Positions 16,797 to 26,100 of a stretch of 35,344 bases of DNA are shown here, piece by piece; the stretch's first letter is position 1, and each line of letters opens with the position of its first letter. This stretch comes from a virus: the IMG/VR virus record IMGVR_UViG_3300045988_151333; one strand, written 5' to 3'. The notes beneath the pieces are model-generated. The model did not search any database and was not told the DNA's origin. It was given only the letters and a program-made list of their open reading frames with translations. The translations under genes were made by a program, and so were the position numbers.

Positions 16797-16879
16797 AAGG
16801 GGCGATATAAATGAAACTTGATAATTATATAAAGCCCGAAGCTGAGGACAAAAACACAGAACCGAAAGGATAAAAAATT

Positions 16880-17176
16880 ATGGCTAAATTTGAATTGCCG
16901 ATTTATGGCGAAAATGACGAACTTGTTAAAACCTATACAACAGATCATATCCGTTGGAAGCTTTTTATTAAAGCCGCAGAAATTCAAGAAAGCGCAAAAT
17001 TAAACGGCGATGATACAGCGGATAAAATCGAACAAATATCCGATTTGCTTAAAAATGTTTTCAGCGGCATAACCGACGAAGACCTTGAAAACGCTGATGT
17101 GGTAGATATATTCAGCACCTTTAAGCAGATTGCAAACATCGGCAATTCAATTAAAGGCGGTAAAGCAAAAAACTGA
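16880..17176 (+). CDS. Tail assembly chaperone (G)
   Basis: 98 aa, between the major tail and tape measure genes. Ends at a slippery heptamer. Confidence 0.8.
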   Translation: MAKFELPIYGENDELVKTYTTDHIRWKLFIKAAEIQESAKLNGDDTADKIEQISDLLKNVFSGITDEDLENADVVDIFSTFKQIANIGNSIKGGKAKN

Positions 17177-17448
17177 TAAAGGGCGAGGGGGCGGATTCCC
17201 CTTGCCCTCATTCTTTAGAATATGAACTGATGGATTTCACCGCCGAAGTTAGCAGGGCGTTTAACACAACACCGTTTTTTGTCTTTGAGCAAAACGCGGA
17301 AGATGTAATTATGCTTATCAATTACTTTATTGAAAAAGACGATAACGGCGAAAGTGTGAATGCTCAAAACTTCACAAATAACGAGCATAAGAAAAAGGTT
17401 GAACGAATTAAAGTTAATTCGCAGACGGCTACAGGCGGTTGGTGGTAA
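16880..17448 (+). CDS. Tail assembly chaperone G-T fusion made by a -1 frameshift at 17167-17173
   Basis: The -1 frame is open from 17173 and runs into the 17230..17448 ORF (frame 2 to frame 1). Confidence 0.75.
17167..17207 (+). promoter_or_regulatory. Programmed -1 frameshift signal: A_AAA_AAC heptamer, 7-nt spacer and a 10-bp stem-loop
   Basis: Heptamer 17167-17173 is in the correct zero-frame phase. Stem GGGCGAGGGG (17181-90) pairs with CCCCTTGCCC (17198-207), including one G.U pair. Confidence 0.75.
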
Positions 17449-17468
17449 TCAAAAGGTGGTGAACGTAT

Positions 17469-19715
17469 ATGAGCGAAACACTCGGTGCCAGTTTTCAAAT
17501 TGATGTATCTAATCTAAAGGCAGGACTTGCACAGGCAAACAGACTAATTAGAGAGAGCAACAGCGAATTTAAAGCGGCGGCGGCAGGAATGGGCGATTGG
17601 ACTAAATCGCAGGACGGCTTGACGGCTAAGATTAAGAATTTAAACGATGTTGCAAGCACTCAGCAAAAAAAGGTTAACGCCTTACAAAGCGAATATGATC
17701 GCCTTATTGCGGACGGCTTAGACCCTACGAGTGCGGCGGCTGTTAAGTTAAGAACACAAATTAACAACGAAAAAGCGGCACTCGCACAAACTCAGTCTGA
17801 AATTAAAAAATATAATTCTGCACTTGATGATATGAAAGCAAGTGCGAATGAAAATATTTCCGCAGGTCAAAAACTGAAAAATGAAATATCAAATCAGCAA
17901 GACAAGCTCAGCATGCTCAAAGCGAAGTATCAAGATGTTGTACTTGAGCAGGGAAAAAACTCACAGGCGGCTAAAGACTTAGCAAAGGAAATTAACGCCT
18001 TAAATTCTGATCTCAACAACAACAAACGCAAATTGAACGAAAGCGAAATTGCACTTGATGACACAGCGAAAGCCGCGAAAGATAGCGGAGACGGTTTCAC
18101 AATTGCAAAAGGTGCTATTGCGGATTTTATAGGCAATGGGTTAAGCAAGATTGTTAGCGCCGCAAAAAATGCAATATCAAGCATTATAGGGATTGCCGAT
18201 GAAACAAGAGAATTTAGGCAAGATTTAAACACGCTTACAACGGCTTACAATGAGGTAGGATTTTCGAACGAACAGGCAACGGACACTTGGAAAGAGCTTT
18301 ACGGCATTTTCGGTGAAGATGACAGAGCGGTTGAAGCTGCTAACAACATTTCGAGAATGTCAAAGAATCAGCAAGACTTGAATATGTGGACTAAGATAAC
18401 AACAGGCATATGGGGCACATATCAAGACGCGCTACCCGTTGAGGGCTTGGCAGAAGCCGCCGGCGAGACGGCAAAAGTCGGAAAAGTTACAGGCGTTATG
18501 GCTGACGCGCTCAACTGGAGCAGTGAAGCGGCACAAATGTTTTCAAAATATATGAGCGATGATGTCACAACCGCCGAAGACGCGTTCAATGTTGCATTGT
18601 CACAATGTACATCTGAGCAAGAGCGGCAAACATTAGTAACCGACACGCTAACGGCGTTATATGGCGATGCCGCCGATACATACCGAGATACCGCAGGCGG
18701 TATTATTGAAGCGAACAAAGCAACAGCCGATTTAACATTGTCTCAAGCTTCATTGGGTGACAAGATAGAGCCTATACAAACAGCGGTTAAAGACGGATTC
18801 GGGAAAATTCTTGATAAAATTCTTGAATTAACAGATACCGTTGATTTTTCCGCATTCGCTGATAAAGTAAGCGAGGGTTTCGATAATTTCATCAATGACG
18901 TTTTACCGAAAGTTGTTAACGGCTTTCAATGGATTATTGACAACAAAGAGGTTATCGGAGCTTTAGCAGGAGTTATAGGAACAGTAGCCGTTGCGCTCGG
19001 TGTACTTAATACTGTTCTTGCTATTCAGTCCGCTATAATGGCGGCAAATCCTACGACTTGGATTATAATGGCAATCGTTGCGGCAATCGCCGCCCTCATT
19101 GCAATAATTGTCCTTTGTGTTAAGCATTGGGACAAAATCAAGGAAGCAGGACAAAAGGCAGGCAACGCAATAAAAGAAGCGTTTTCAAAAGCCGCTGATT
19201 CCATAAAAAATGTGTGGAACAGTATTCCGGAATTTTTTTCGGGGATTTGGAAAAAAATAAAAGAAAAGGTTTCAAGCGTAGGTACAAAAACAGGTGAAGC
19301 AATAGGCGGAGCGTTTAAGAAAGCGATAAACTCAGTTATTGCAACGGTTGAAAAAGGAATTAATTTTATCCCCAACGCTGTTAACAAAATGGTTGGCAAA
19401 ATAAATCAATTGCCGGGCGTTAGTATTTCGCCCATTCAAACTGTGTCACTTCCGCGACTTGCAAAGGGCGGTGTTGTAAAAAGGGCTACAACCGCAATGA
19501 TAGGTGAGGACGGCGCAGAAGCTGTAATACCGCTTGAACGAAACAGAAAATGGATCAGAGAAGTTGCAAAAGAGTTTTTAGCACAGCAAAAGCAAGGCGA
19601 AAACGTTGTTATAAATCAAACTAACAACTATTCACAGGCTCATAGCCGTTATGAATTGTGGAAGTCGGAAAAAGCTACCGTTAGTGCTGTTAAATTAGCT
19701 TTGAAAGGGGTGTAA
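17469..19715 (+). CDS. Tape measure protein
   Basis: 748 aa with a coiled-coil N-terminal half and hydrophobic TM-like segments around aa 500-550. Position supports the call. Confidence 0.9.
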   Translation: MSETLGASFQIDVSNLKAGLAQANRLIRESNSEFKAAAAGMGDWTKSQDGLTAKIKNLNDVASTQQKKVNALQSEYDRLIADGLDPTSAAAVKLRTQINNEKAALAQTQSEIKKYNSALDDMKASANENISAGQKLKNEISNQQDKLSMLKAKYQDVVLEQGKNSQAAKDLAKEINALNSDLNNNKRKLNESEIALDDTAKAAKDSGDGFTIAKGAIADFIGNGLSKIVSAAKNAISSIIGIADETREFRQDLNTLTTAYNEVGFSNEQATDTWKELYGIFGEDDRAVEAANNISRMSKNQQDLNMWTKITTGIWGTYQDALPVEGLAEAAGETAKVGKVTGVMADALNWSSEAAQMFSKYMSDDVTTAEDAFNVALSQCTSEQERQTLVTDTLTALYGDAADTYRDTAGGIIEANKATADLTLSQASLGDKIEPIQTAVKDGFGKILDKILELTDTVDFSAFADKVSEGFDNFINDVLPKVVNGFQWIIDNKEVIGALAGVIGTVAVALGVLNTVLAIQSAIMAANPTTWIIMAIVAAIAALIAIIVLCVKHWDKIKEAGQKAGNAIKEAFSKAADSIKNVWNSIPEFFSGIWKKIKEKVSSVGTKTGEAIGGAFKKAINSVIATVEKGINFIPNAVNKMVGKINQLPGVSISPIQTVSLPRLAKGGVVKRATTAMIGEDGAEAVIPLERNRKWIREVAKEFLAQQKQGENVVINQTNNYSQAHSRYELWKSEKATVSAVKLALKGV

Positions 19716-19718
19716 AAT

Positions 19719-20582
19719 ATGACAGGCGAATTTACTATAATTTCACCCTTAGGCACAGAGCTTGAATTATTTGATAACAAATATTTCACGCTTGACGATA
19801 TAGAAGGTCAAACAGAGATTAACAATTCAATTTCAAGCTCAAAGATAAGCGGAGCGGACGGCGAAACGGTTAACAACGTTGCAACAGATGTTAGACCGCT
19901 TGTTTTTACTCTAACTATCAATGAGAATATAGATGTTGAAGAAGCAAAACGGTATATCTTGCAGTATGTCAAGTCAAAGCATAATCACACTATCAAGTGG
20001 AAAAGAAACAACAAAACGCTTGAAATCGTGGGCCTGTGTGAAAAAATCGTAATGGCACGATGGCAACAAGGCATTGCTATGCAGATAACATTTTTCTGCG
20101 GTCAAGCGTATTGGGAAGATGCCGAAAACATAGTTAATGAAATAAGCGCGATTAAAGATATGCACTACTTCGCAAAAGGGAAAGGCAAAATGCTTTATTT
20201 CGCGCTTGGAAGCCCTCGCCCTTTGGGTGTTTATGATACTATACGCACCCGAACGTTCAACAATACAGGTGATAGCGATGTAGGAATGATTATCGAGATA
20301 ACCGCTCTTGCAAAAGTTAAAAATCCTGCTATATATGCAAGCACCGATGAATTTATCGGAGTTGACAATGTAGAAATGAAATCGGGCGATGTTATCCGGA
20401 TTAACACCAACAAAGGCCAAAAAGATATAACATTAAACGGCGTTTCAATTTTGGATAAAATCAAAATCGGCAGTACATTTTTACAGCTTGAAATTGGAAA
20501 CAACACTTTTACAATTAAAAGCGATGATAACAATTTAACAAGCGTTTATTTTAATCTCATCTATAAGCAGAGGTATGTCTAA
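19719..20582 (+). CDS. Distal tail protein (Dit)
   Basis: Size, and position right after the tape measure gene. Confidence 0.7.
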   Translation: MTGEFTIISPLGTELELFDNKYFTLDDIEGQTEINNSISSSKISGADGETVNNVATDVRPLVFTLTINENIDVEEAKRYILQYVKSKHNHTIKWKRNNKTLEIVGLCEKIVMARWQQGIAMQITFFCGQAYWEDAENIVNEISAIKDMHYFAKGKGKMLYFALGSPRPLGVYDTIRTRTFNNTGDSDVGMIIEITALAKVKNPAIYASTDEFIGVDNVEMKSGDVIRINTNKGQKDITLNGVSILDKIKIGSTFLQLEIGNNTFTIKSDDNNLTSVYFNLIYKQRYV

Positions 20583-21716
20583 ATGATTGATTATGTAGAA
20601 GTAAGAAATGGAACAAGCCGAAAATTGATAGGCATTATTGACACCGCAAAATCTGTTATATGGGAAACGGTTTATTACGGCGTTGGGACGTTTGAGATAT
20701 ATGTTGAAGCAACAGAAAAAAACATTGAGCTGTTGAGCGTTGAAAATCTTGTCACTCGCCCAAATGATGTGAATTGTGGCATAATTTCTAAAATTAAAAT
20801 TACCGACAACGAACAAGACGGCACAATGATTGTTGCAAGCGGCAGTTTTGCAAAAATCATACTTGACCGCAGAATTATTTACAAATTCATTAAAACATAT
20901 AGCATAACACCTACAACATTAAGAGGGAATGTTGCAAATGCCGTTTGGACTGTTATAAATAATAATTGCGTTAATAGCTCAAATGCTGCCCGAAATTTCT
21001 CGAAATTCGCAAGGGGCGCAATTAACAATTTGCCGCAAACAATTGTTGATGAAAACGGCAACGCCGCCGACAAGCAAGTTACATATACAAACTTGCTTAC
21101 ATTCACCGATAGTTTGCTTCAAGAATACAAAATAGGCGCGTATGTGTGGCTTGACCCTTTAACTCTTGATTTCCTGTATGTAATGTATCAAGGCGCAGAG
21201 CGGTTCGTAAACAACCGCGCAGGAAACAAGCCTTTAATATTCGGCAATCAGTTTGATAATTTAACATCAAGTAGTTTTTCAAAAGATAACAGCGAACTGA
21301 GGACAACCGCAATTATAGGCGGTGAGGGCGAGGGTGCAGACCGCTTTGTTGCCAGAACGAATGACAATGTAACAGGCTTTGACCGCCGCGAATTATTTGT
21401 TGACAGCTCAAGCATTTCAAAGACGGTCAAAGACGAAACAACAGAGGATGAAACCGTTTTGCCCGACAGCGAATATGAAGCCTTGTTAATTCAAGAGGGC
21501 AGGGCAAAGATAACAGAAAACAAAGTTGTCGAGGGCTTTTCTTGCGAAGTAGATTTGACAAATTCAAAGCTGAAGTATTTGGCGGATTACAATATCGGCG
21601 ATCTTGTAACTATTGAAGATACGCACCTAAAGCAATTACACAATGCAAGAATTTTAAAAATAACCGAAGTGCAAGACGAAAACGGTTATGCGATTTCCGC
21701 AGAATTTGGATTTTAA
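20583..21716 (+). CDS. Tail/baseplate protein (ReqiPepy6 Gp37-like)
   Basis: N-terminal pattern ...IGIIDTAKSVIWETVYYGVGTFEIYV. Position supports the call. Confidence 0.55.
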   Translation: MIDYVEVRNGTSRKLIGIIDTAKSVIWETVYYGVGTFEIYVEATEKNIELLSVENLVTRPNDVNCGIISKIKITDNEQDGTMIVASGSFAKIILDRRIIYKFIKTYSITPTTLRGNVANAVWTVINNNCVNSSNAARNFSKFARGAINNLPQTIVDENGNAADKQVTYTNLLTFTDSLLQEYKIGAYVWLDPLTLDFLYVMYQGAERFVNNRAGNKPLIFGNQFDNLTSSSFSKDNSELRTTAIIGGEGEGADRFVARTNDNVTGFDRRELFVDSSSISKTVKDETTEDETVLPDSEYEALLIQEGRAKITENKVVEGFSCEVDLTNSKLKYLADYNIGDLVTIEDTHLKQLHNARILKITEVQDENGYAISAEFGF

Positions 21717-21731
21717 AGGGGGAAATTAAAA

Positions 21732-23420
21732 ATGGCAGAACATTTTGGATTTTTCGATGCCTTGGAAACGGCAGACGGACTATATGACCGTACATATTCG
21801 GCGCGTGACTATAGCGAAAACTTAGCAACGATTATAAGCAACGGCGTTTTACGTTCAACAAATGATGATTTGAAAGTTACGGTTAATGGCTTGACCGTAA
21901 CCGTAGGAATAGGCAGAGCGTGGATAAACGGCTGTTGGTATCATAACGATAACAATTATGTTTTCCCAGCCGTAACCGTTCCGACAGGCGGCGCACGGTA
22001 TGACCGTGTTATATTAAGGTACAGCAACGTACTTTCTGATCGAGATATTAAGCTTATGTATTTGCAAGGCGAAGCGGTGAGTAGTCCGAAAAAGCCTGCA
22101 ATAACAAGGAATGATGATGTTTATGACCTTGTTCTTGCCGATATATACGTCGGCACAAATGCAACAAGTCTTTCTGTTAAAGATACCCGAAGTGATGCAC
22201 AGCTGTGCGGCTGGGTGTATTCAACTTCCGGTGACAACTCGTTCTTCAAAAGTCTTGACGGAGCATTTAACGAATGGTTTGAAGAAACAAAAAACACGTT
22301 GTCAAGCGTAACGCTCTTTAAACGCTATAATTGGCGCACGACGATTGAAGCTGAAACAAACACAGTTTCGTTTGACATTCCCCAATATGATGCCGAGACA
22401 ACATTCATTGAAGTATATACAAATGGCGTTCTTGATTCCGAAGGCGTTGACTACACACTTGAAAACAGCGTGATAACGTTTAGTGGCTTGCCGCTTACGG
22501 CCGGTACAGAGGTTGAGGTTAAGTGCTACAAATCAATCGACGGTACTGGAATATTAAGCGTGGCAGATGAAATAACCGCGTTGCAAAATGCCGTTGCGAA
22601 ATTAAATGCAGCGGACGAATGCGTATATAAATGCAACGGAGCCGATGACAACGTGAAGCTTTCAGAACTTGCGCAAGAGTGGTTGAGCGACGATTTAGAT
22701 TATAGCTCGAAAACAATAAAGATATATGGAACATTTGGCGCGACTGCTGCCTGCGCAGGCGCAGGCACGGCGGCCAATCCGTATAAATGGTTTAATTTCG
22801 GACTTGCTGAAAGCGTAAAGAGGCGTATAACTTTTGACTTTTCAACCTGCTCGCAAATAACGCTGCCGATAGCAGCCGGCACATCAAATGTTGTTTTTTC
22901 CGGCTCAGATGTGCACGTTATCGGCGCAAATGTAATCGCAACGCAAAGTGCGACAAATACAAACATAAAAATGTTCGATTCAAACATCGGCTCTGTATCT
23001 GCTGAGGATTGCCGTTTTTGGATAACAGCTTACAGCGGAAGCTTTATATCACAAACGGGTAATTTCACAAACTGCCGCGCCAGCGTGGCGAATGCATCGG
23101 GCGATTCGTACTGTTTTCAGCCGACAACGGCAAGTTTGCTCAAAATTAACGGCGGCGAATACTACGGATACACCGGTGGAAGCGCCCACAAGAGTGCCGT
23201 AATCGGGCAAACAACAGGAAATGCCGTTTCTGTTTTGAACGGCGTTAACGCGCCCACAGTAGCACGTTCCGGATATTACCAAACACACGCAATCTTTCAG
23301 GATACAAACGGCGGACGTCTTAATTGTTCTGATTTAATCAGTGAACTCGCCGTATCGGTTGCTTCGAACATAAGCGATGTCCGAGGGACGATTGCAAAAA
23401 GCAAACCGGGCACTATATAA
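21732..23420 (+). CDS. Tail fibre / receptor-binding protein with a probable beta-helix C-terminal region
   Basis: 562 aa. N-terminal FGFFDA...DRTYSARDYSENLATIISNGV pattern. The C-terminus is repetitive and G/S/N/T-rich. Last gene of the tail module. Confidence 0.65.
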   Translation: MAEHFGFFDALETADGLYDRTYSARDYSENLATIISNGVLRSTNDDLKVTVNGLTVTVGIGRAWINGCWYHNDNNYVFPAVTVPTGGARYDRVILRYSNVLSDRDIKLMYLQGEAVSSPKKPAITRNDDVYDLVLADIYVGTNATSLSVKDTRSDAQLCGWVYSTSGDNSFFKSLDGAFNEWFEETKNTLSSVTLFKRYNWRTTIEAETNTVSFDIPQYDAETTFIEVYTNGVLDSEGVDYTLENSVITFSGLPLTAGTEVEVKCYKSIDGTGILSVADEITALQNAVAKLNAADECVYKCNGADDNVKLSELAQEWLSDDLDYSSKTIKIYGTFGATAACAGAGTAANPYKWFNFGLAESVKRRITFDFSTCSQITLPIAAGTSNVVFSGSDVHVIGANVIATQSATNTNIKMFDSNIGSVSAEDCRFWITAYSGSFISQTGNFTNCRASVANASGDSYCFQPTTASLLKINGGEYYGYTGGSAHKSAVIGQTTGNAVSVLNGVNAPTVARSGYYQTHAIFQDTNGGRLNCSDLISELAVSVASNISDVRGTIAKSKPGTI

Positions 23421-23460
23421 AGTGAATATTGCTTACCTACCATGTGTAGGCGGAGCGGAG

Positions 23461-23520
23461 AAAACGCCGACATTTATTTGTCGGCGTTTTTGTTTTAAAA
23501 AACTTCAGTTGAAGTTTTTT
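23461..23520 (+). terminator. Tandem rho-independent terminators ending the structural operon
   Basis: 12-bp stem AAAACGCCGACA/TGTCGGCGTTTT (23461-23490) plus a T-run, then AACTTCA..TGAAGTT plus a T-run (23499-23520). Confidence 0.8.
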
Positions 23521-23540
23521 TGCTTTTTTTAAAATTTCTG

Positions 23541-23569
23541 TTGATAATACCACGATAACGTGGTATTAT
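23541..23569 (+). promoter_or_regulatory. Promoter (TTGATA-17-TATTAT) overlapped by a 26-bp perfect palindrome
   Basis: -35 at 23541-46 and -10 at 23564-69. Palindrome arms ATAATACCACG (23544-54) and CGTGGTATTAT (23559-69). Confidence 0.6.
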
Positions 23570-23640
23570 ATAAGAGAACTAAGGGACACATTATGCACCG
23601 GCAGGATTTGCGAGATTGAAATAAAAGGAGCTTGTGGTTA

Positions 23641-24216
23641 GTGGCAATTAACATTTATATTGATAAGGGCGGACATTCCGCCCTTGAAAAATGGACCCCG
23701 ACGCACAAAGATACTGTTTTATATTACGCGACGGATGAATTCCGATTTTTTAACAAATTTGTTTTGATTTTCGAAAACGCTTATAAAGCGTTTTGCGAAG
23801 TAAAAAAGCAAGGATACAAAATAAATATCGTTAACGAAGAAGGCACCGCAATCAAGTTGTTTGTTGAATTTGATAAAAGTGAAAAAAACGATTTTAACGT
23901 AAAATATAAACTTATTAAACCATTGGAATATGAAATGTTAAACGAGGTTGTGAATACGGTCATCACAGTCGCATCTGATGTTAATGCCTTGTTTTTTGAA
24001 CTTCAAATTCTGAATCGAAAAGTTGATTTATATTCAAAGGACCAAAATTGGCTAATCAGAGAGTTGAACAATAACCCAATACTCGTTCCTGTCGGCTCGC
24101 ATTTGTCGCCGGAAGGTGTTTTCGGCGTAAAAGGTCATCTTCGCCACTATAAGAGCGGCAAAACGGTATGGATTGACGATTTTGTTAAAGGAGTTGACAA
24201 GAATGAAAATACTTAA
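23641..24216 (+). CDS. Hypothetical protein (moron cassette 1, gene 1)
   Basis: AAAAGGAG RBS lies 10 nt upstream of GTG 23641; the TTG at 23632 is too close to the RBS. The C-terminal GHLRHYKSGKTVWIDDFVKG motif was not identified. Confidence 0.6.
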   Translation: MAINIYIDKGGHSALEKWTPTHKDTVLYYATDEFRFFNKFVLIFENAYKAFCEVKKQGYKINIVNEEGTAIKLFVEFDKSEKNDFNVKYKLIKPLEYEMLNEVVNTVITVASDVNALFFELQILNRKVDLYSKDQNWLIRELNNNPILVPVGSHLSPEGVFGVKGHLRHYKSGKTVWIDDFVKGVDKNENT

Positions 24217-24655
24217 AAAAAACGGATTGCAAAATATCGGCTTTGACAAATTAACAATAAACGAACATTTTATTTATGCTGACGGAGCGTTCGAGTTTTT
24301 CGCAATTAAGGTTAGCAAGGATTATGCAGTTTTTATAAATGCGGACGAAAATTTTATTTGTGCCAAAGCGTTTAAAAATTGCTTATCAATAGGCGCAGGC
24401 GTTGTCTCAGAATTTCCAACCTTTGACGAAGCCGTCAAGGCTTGCGGAGCGGATATAGTCGAGCGCAGCGAAATTGCATTTTACGGACAACGAGATAAAA
24501 TGATGTCCGTGTCTGACTACGCTCGAAAGCACGGAGTCGACCCCTCGACCGTCCGCCACAAAATAAGTCGAGGTTTGTTACCGGCAGTTAAGATTGGGAA
24601 AATGTGGCTTGTTAAAGAAAGCGAGCCGTGGACCGACCAAAGAAGAAAAAAATAG
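24203..24655 (+). CDS. DNA-binding protein with a C-terminal excisionase/MerR-type HTH (moron cassette 1, gene 2)
   Basis: AAAGGAG RBS. Overlaps the upstream gene by 14 nt. MSVSDYARKHGVDPSTVRHKISRGLLPAVKIGKMWLV is HTH_17-like. Confidence 0.6.
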   Translation: MKILKKNGLQNIGFDKLTINEHFIYADGAFEFFAIKVSKDYAVFINADENFICAKAFKNCLSIGAGVVSEFPTFDEAVKACGADIVERSEIAFYGQRDKMMSVSDYARKHGVDPSTVRHKISRGLLPAVKIGKMWLVKESEPWTDQRRKK

Positions 24656-24682
24656 GAGAGCTGAAAAGCTCTCCTATTTTTT
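24651..24682 (+). terminator. Rho-independent terminator
   Basis: 11-bp stem AATAGGAGAGC/GCTCTCCTATT followed by TTTTT. Confidence 0.8.
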
Positions 24683-24764
24683 GTAGGGGCATTTGTTGCA
24701 GCGCATATTTGCGATAGACATTTACGTGATAAAAAATATATTGATAAAATGTTAAAAAAAGGTG

Positions 24765-24810
24765 TTGACATAATCGTACGTCTATGTTATAATATAGTCA
24801 CAGTTAAGGA
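24765..24810 (+). promoter_or_regulatory. Consensus sigma-70 promoter copy A (TTGACA-17-TATAAT) with an operator-like palindrome in the spacer
   Basis: 45 of 46 nt identical to 26101-26146. ACATAATCGTACGTCTATGT (24768-87) is palindromic at 16 of 20 positions. Confidence 0.7.
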
Positions 24811-24844
24811 AGATAACAAATCCAAAACAGAAGGACAAAGAAAA

Positions 24845-25243
24845 ATGAAAGTTTATATCAAAGAATGGTTTTTTAATAAAAATTGGTGCTCGATTATTAG
24901 AAACTATATGCTAAACGAACGCGCTGTTTACGTTATCGGCGAAACTGAAAAAGCATACAAAGTCGAGGGCGGCTTCACAACTCAGGACGGCGAACGTGAA
25001 AACACTTTTGATTTTTGGGTTCCGAAATCTTGCACAATGACTGAGGAAGAATACGCCGCCGAACAAAAGGCATTTGCCGAAAGACAAGAAGAAATTGAAA
25101 AACACTTCAAAGAAGGCTGCGAAGCTTACGAAGCGTTGCTCAAGTTTGCAAAAGAAAACAATGTTAAAGGCGTTCGCAAAGGAATGAAAAAAGAAACTAT
25201 ATTAAACAAAATTCACGATGCAGGGCTTGAGTACAACGCTTGA
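24845..25243 (+). CDS. Hypothetical protein (133 aa), first gene of moron cassette 2
   Basis: First ATG downstream of the promoter. The 24749 start in the ORF track lies upstream of the -35 element. Confidence 0.55.
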   Translation: MKVYIKEWFFNKNWCSIIRNYMLNERAVYVIGETEKAYKVEGGFTTQDGERENTFDFWVPKSCTMTEEEYAAEQKAFAERQEEIEKHFKEGCEAYEALLKFAKENNVKGVRKGMKKETILNKIHDAGLEYNA

Positions 25244-25278
25244 GTTTGCTTTAAAAAAACAAAGAAAGGTGATATTAA

Positions 25279-25464
25279 ATGGACAAACGAAAAATGACAC
25301 CGCAAGAACGGTACGCGGAGAAGTACCGCCGACAATACAAGATGGATTGTATAACGAGGACGGAACAAGATATAATCCAAAAGCTCGACAGTGTTCCAAA
25401 TAAAGCTGGTTATATCAAGCAGCTTATCCGAGCAGATATTGCGGCAAATAAAGGAAAGGAGTAA
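25279..25464 (+). CDS. Ribbon-helix-helix (CopG/Arc-like) small DNA-binding protein
   Basis: 61 aa. The pattern ...NKAGYIKQLIRADIA is typical of RHH C-terminal helices. Confidence 0.45.
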   Translation: MDKRKMTPQERYAEKYRRQYKMDCITRTEQDIIQKLDSVPNKAGYIKQLIRADIAANKGKE

Positions 25465-25470
25465 AACATT

Positions 25471-25644
25471 ATGAAAATTTACACAGCAGATAAAGAAACG
25501 GGCACATTCATAGATGAATGTAAGGATATACAAGAAGCAAAAAAATTGATACAACAATACGAAGAAGAAGACAGAAAAGAAAACATTTATACAGCCGATT
25601 TTTACGATATAGTCAACGAATTTCACGAGACGATAAAACAATAA
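25471..25644 (+). CDS. Small acidic hypothetical protein (57 aa)
   Basis: AAAGGAGTAA RBS. Below the ORF-track cutoff. Confidence 0.45.
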   Translation: MKIYTADKETGTFIDECKDIQEAKKLIQQYEEEDRKENIYTADFYDIVNEFHETIKQ

Positions 25645-25677
25645 ATCACAACAAATAAAGAAAAGGAGTTAACAAAA

Positions 25678-26019
25678 ATGAAATATTATGAAGTTGCGGA
25701 AATAACCTTAAATCTCAATTCTAAAGGGTACGAAATGGGAGACGAGGAGAGCTCGTATATGGGCCCGGATTACAAAAAAGCCATTTGTGTGTGCGATGAG
25801 GCCTTAAGTAATTGGGAGCGTCTTGATTACAGGGACAAAAAGGAAAGCGCAATAGAAGGTAGGATATACGAAATCCCCGATGATACAGATATAAACGATA
25901 AAGATGAAATAATTAACGCGATATGTGACGCGTGCGAATATGACACGTTTTTTTCACATTATCCGGAAGACGATTTTAAAAAAAGCCAAGAAAAAATAAA
26001 CGCTCTTATAAATGCGTGA
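25678..26019 (+). CDS. Acidic hypothetical protein (113 aa)
   Basis: AAAGGAG RBS. D/E-rich. Confidence 0.55.
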   Translation: MKYYEVAEITLNLNSKGYEMGDEESSYMGPDYKKAICVCDEALSNWERLDYRDKKESAIEGRIYEIPDDTDINDKDEIINAICDACEYDTFFSHYPEDDFKKSQEKINALINA

Positions 26020-26042
26020 AAATTAAATCATTAAATAACAGA

Positions 26043-26075
26043 CCCCACCGAAGGCATTTGCCGCGGTGGGGTTTT
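26043..26075 (+). terminator. Rho-independent terminator
   Basis: Stem CCCCACCG/CGGTGGGG followed by TTTT. Confidence 0.75.
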
Positions 26076-26100
26076 AATTACAAAAAATAGTAAAAAGCCC

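Noticed and set aside
16811-16873. 20-aa ORF between the major tail and chaperone genes
   Set aside because: It is very short, has no clear RBS and shows nothing recognisable.
21732-23420. A diversity-generating retroelement targeting the fibre gene
   Set aside because: There is no reverse transcriptase ORF anywhere in the window, and I saw no template/variable repeat pair.
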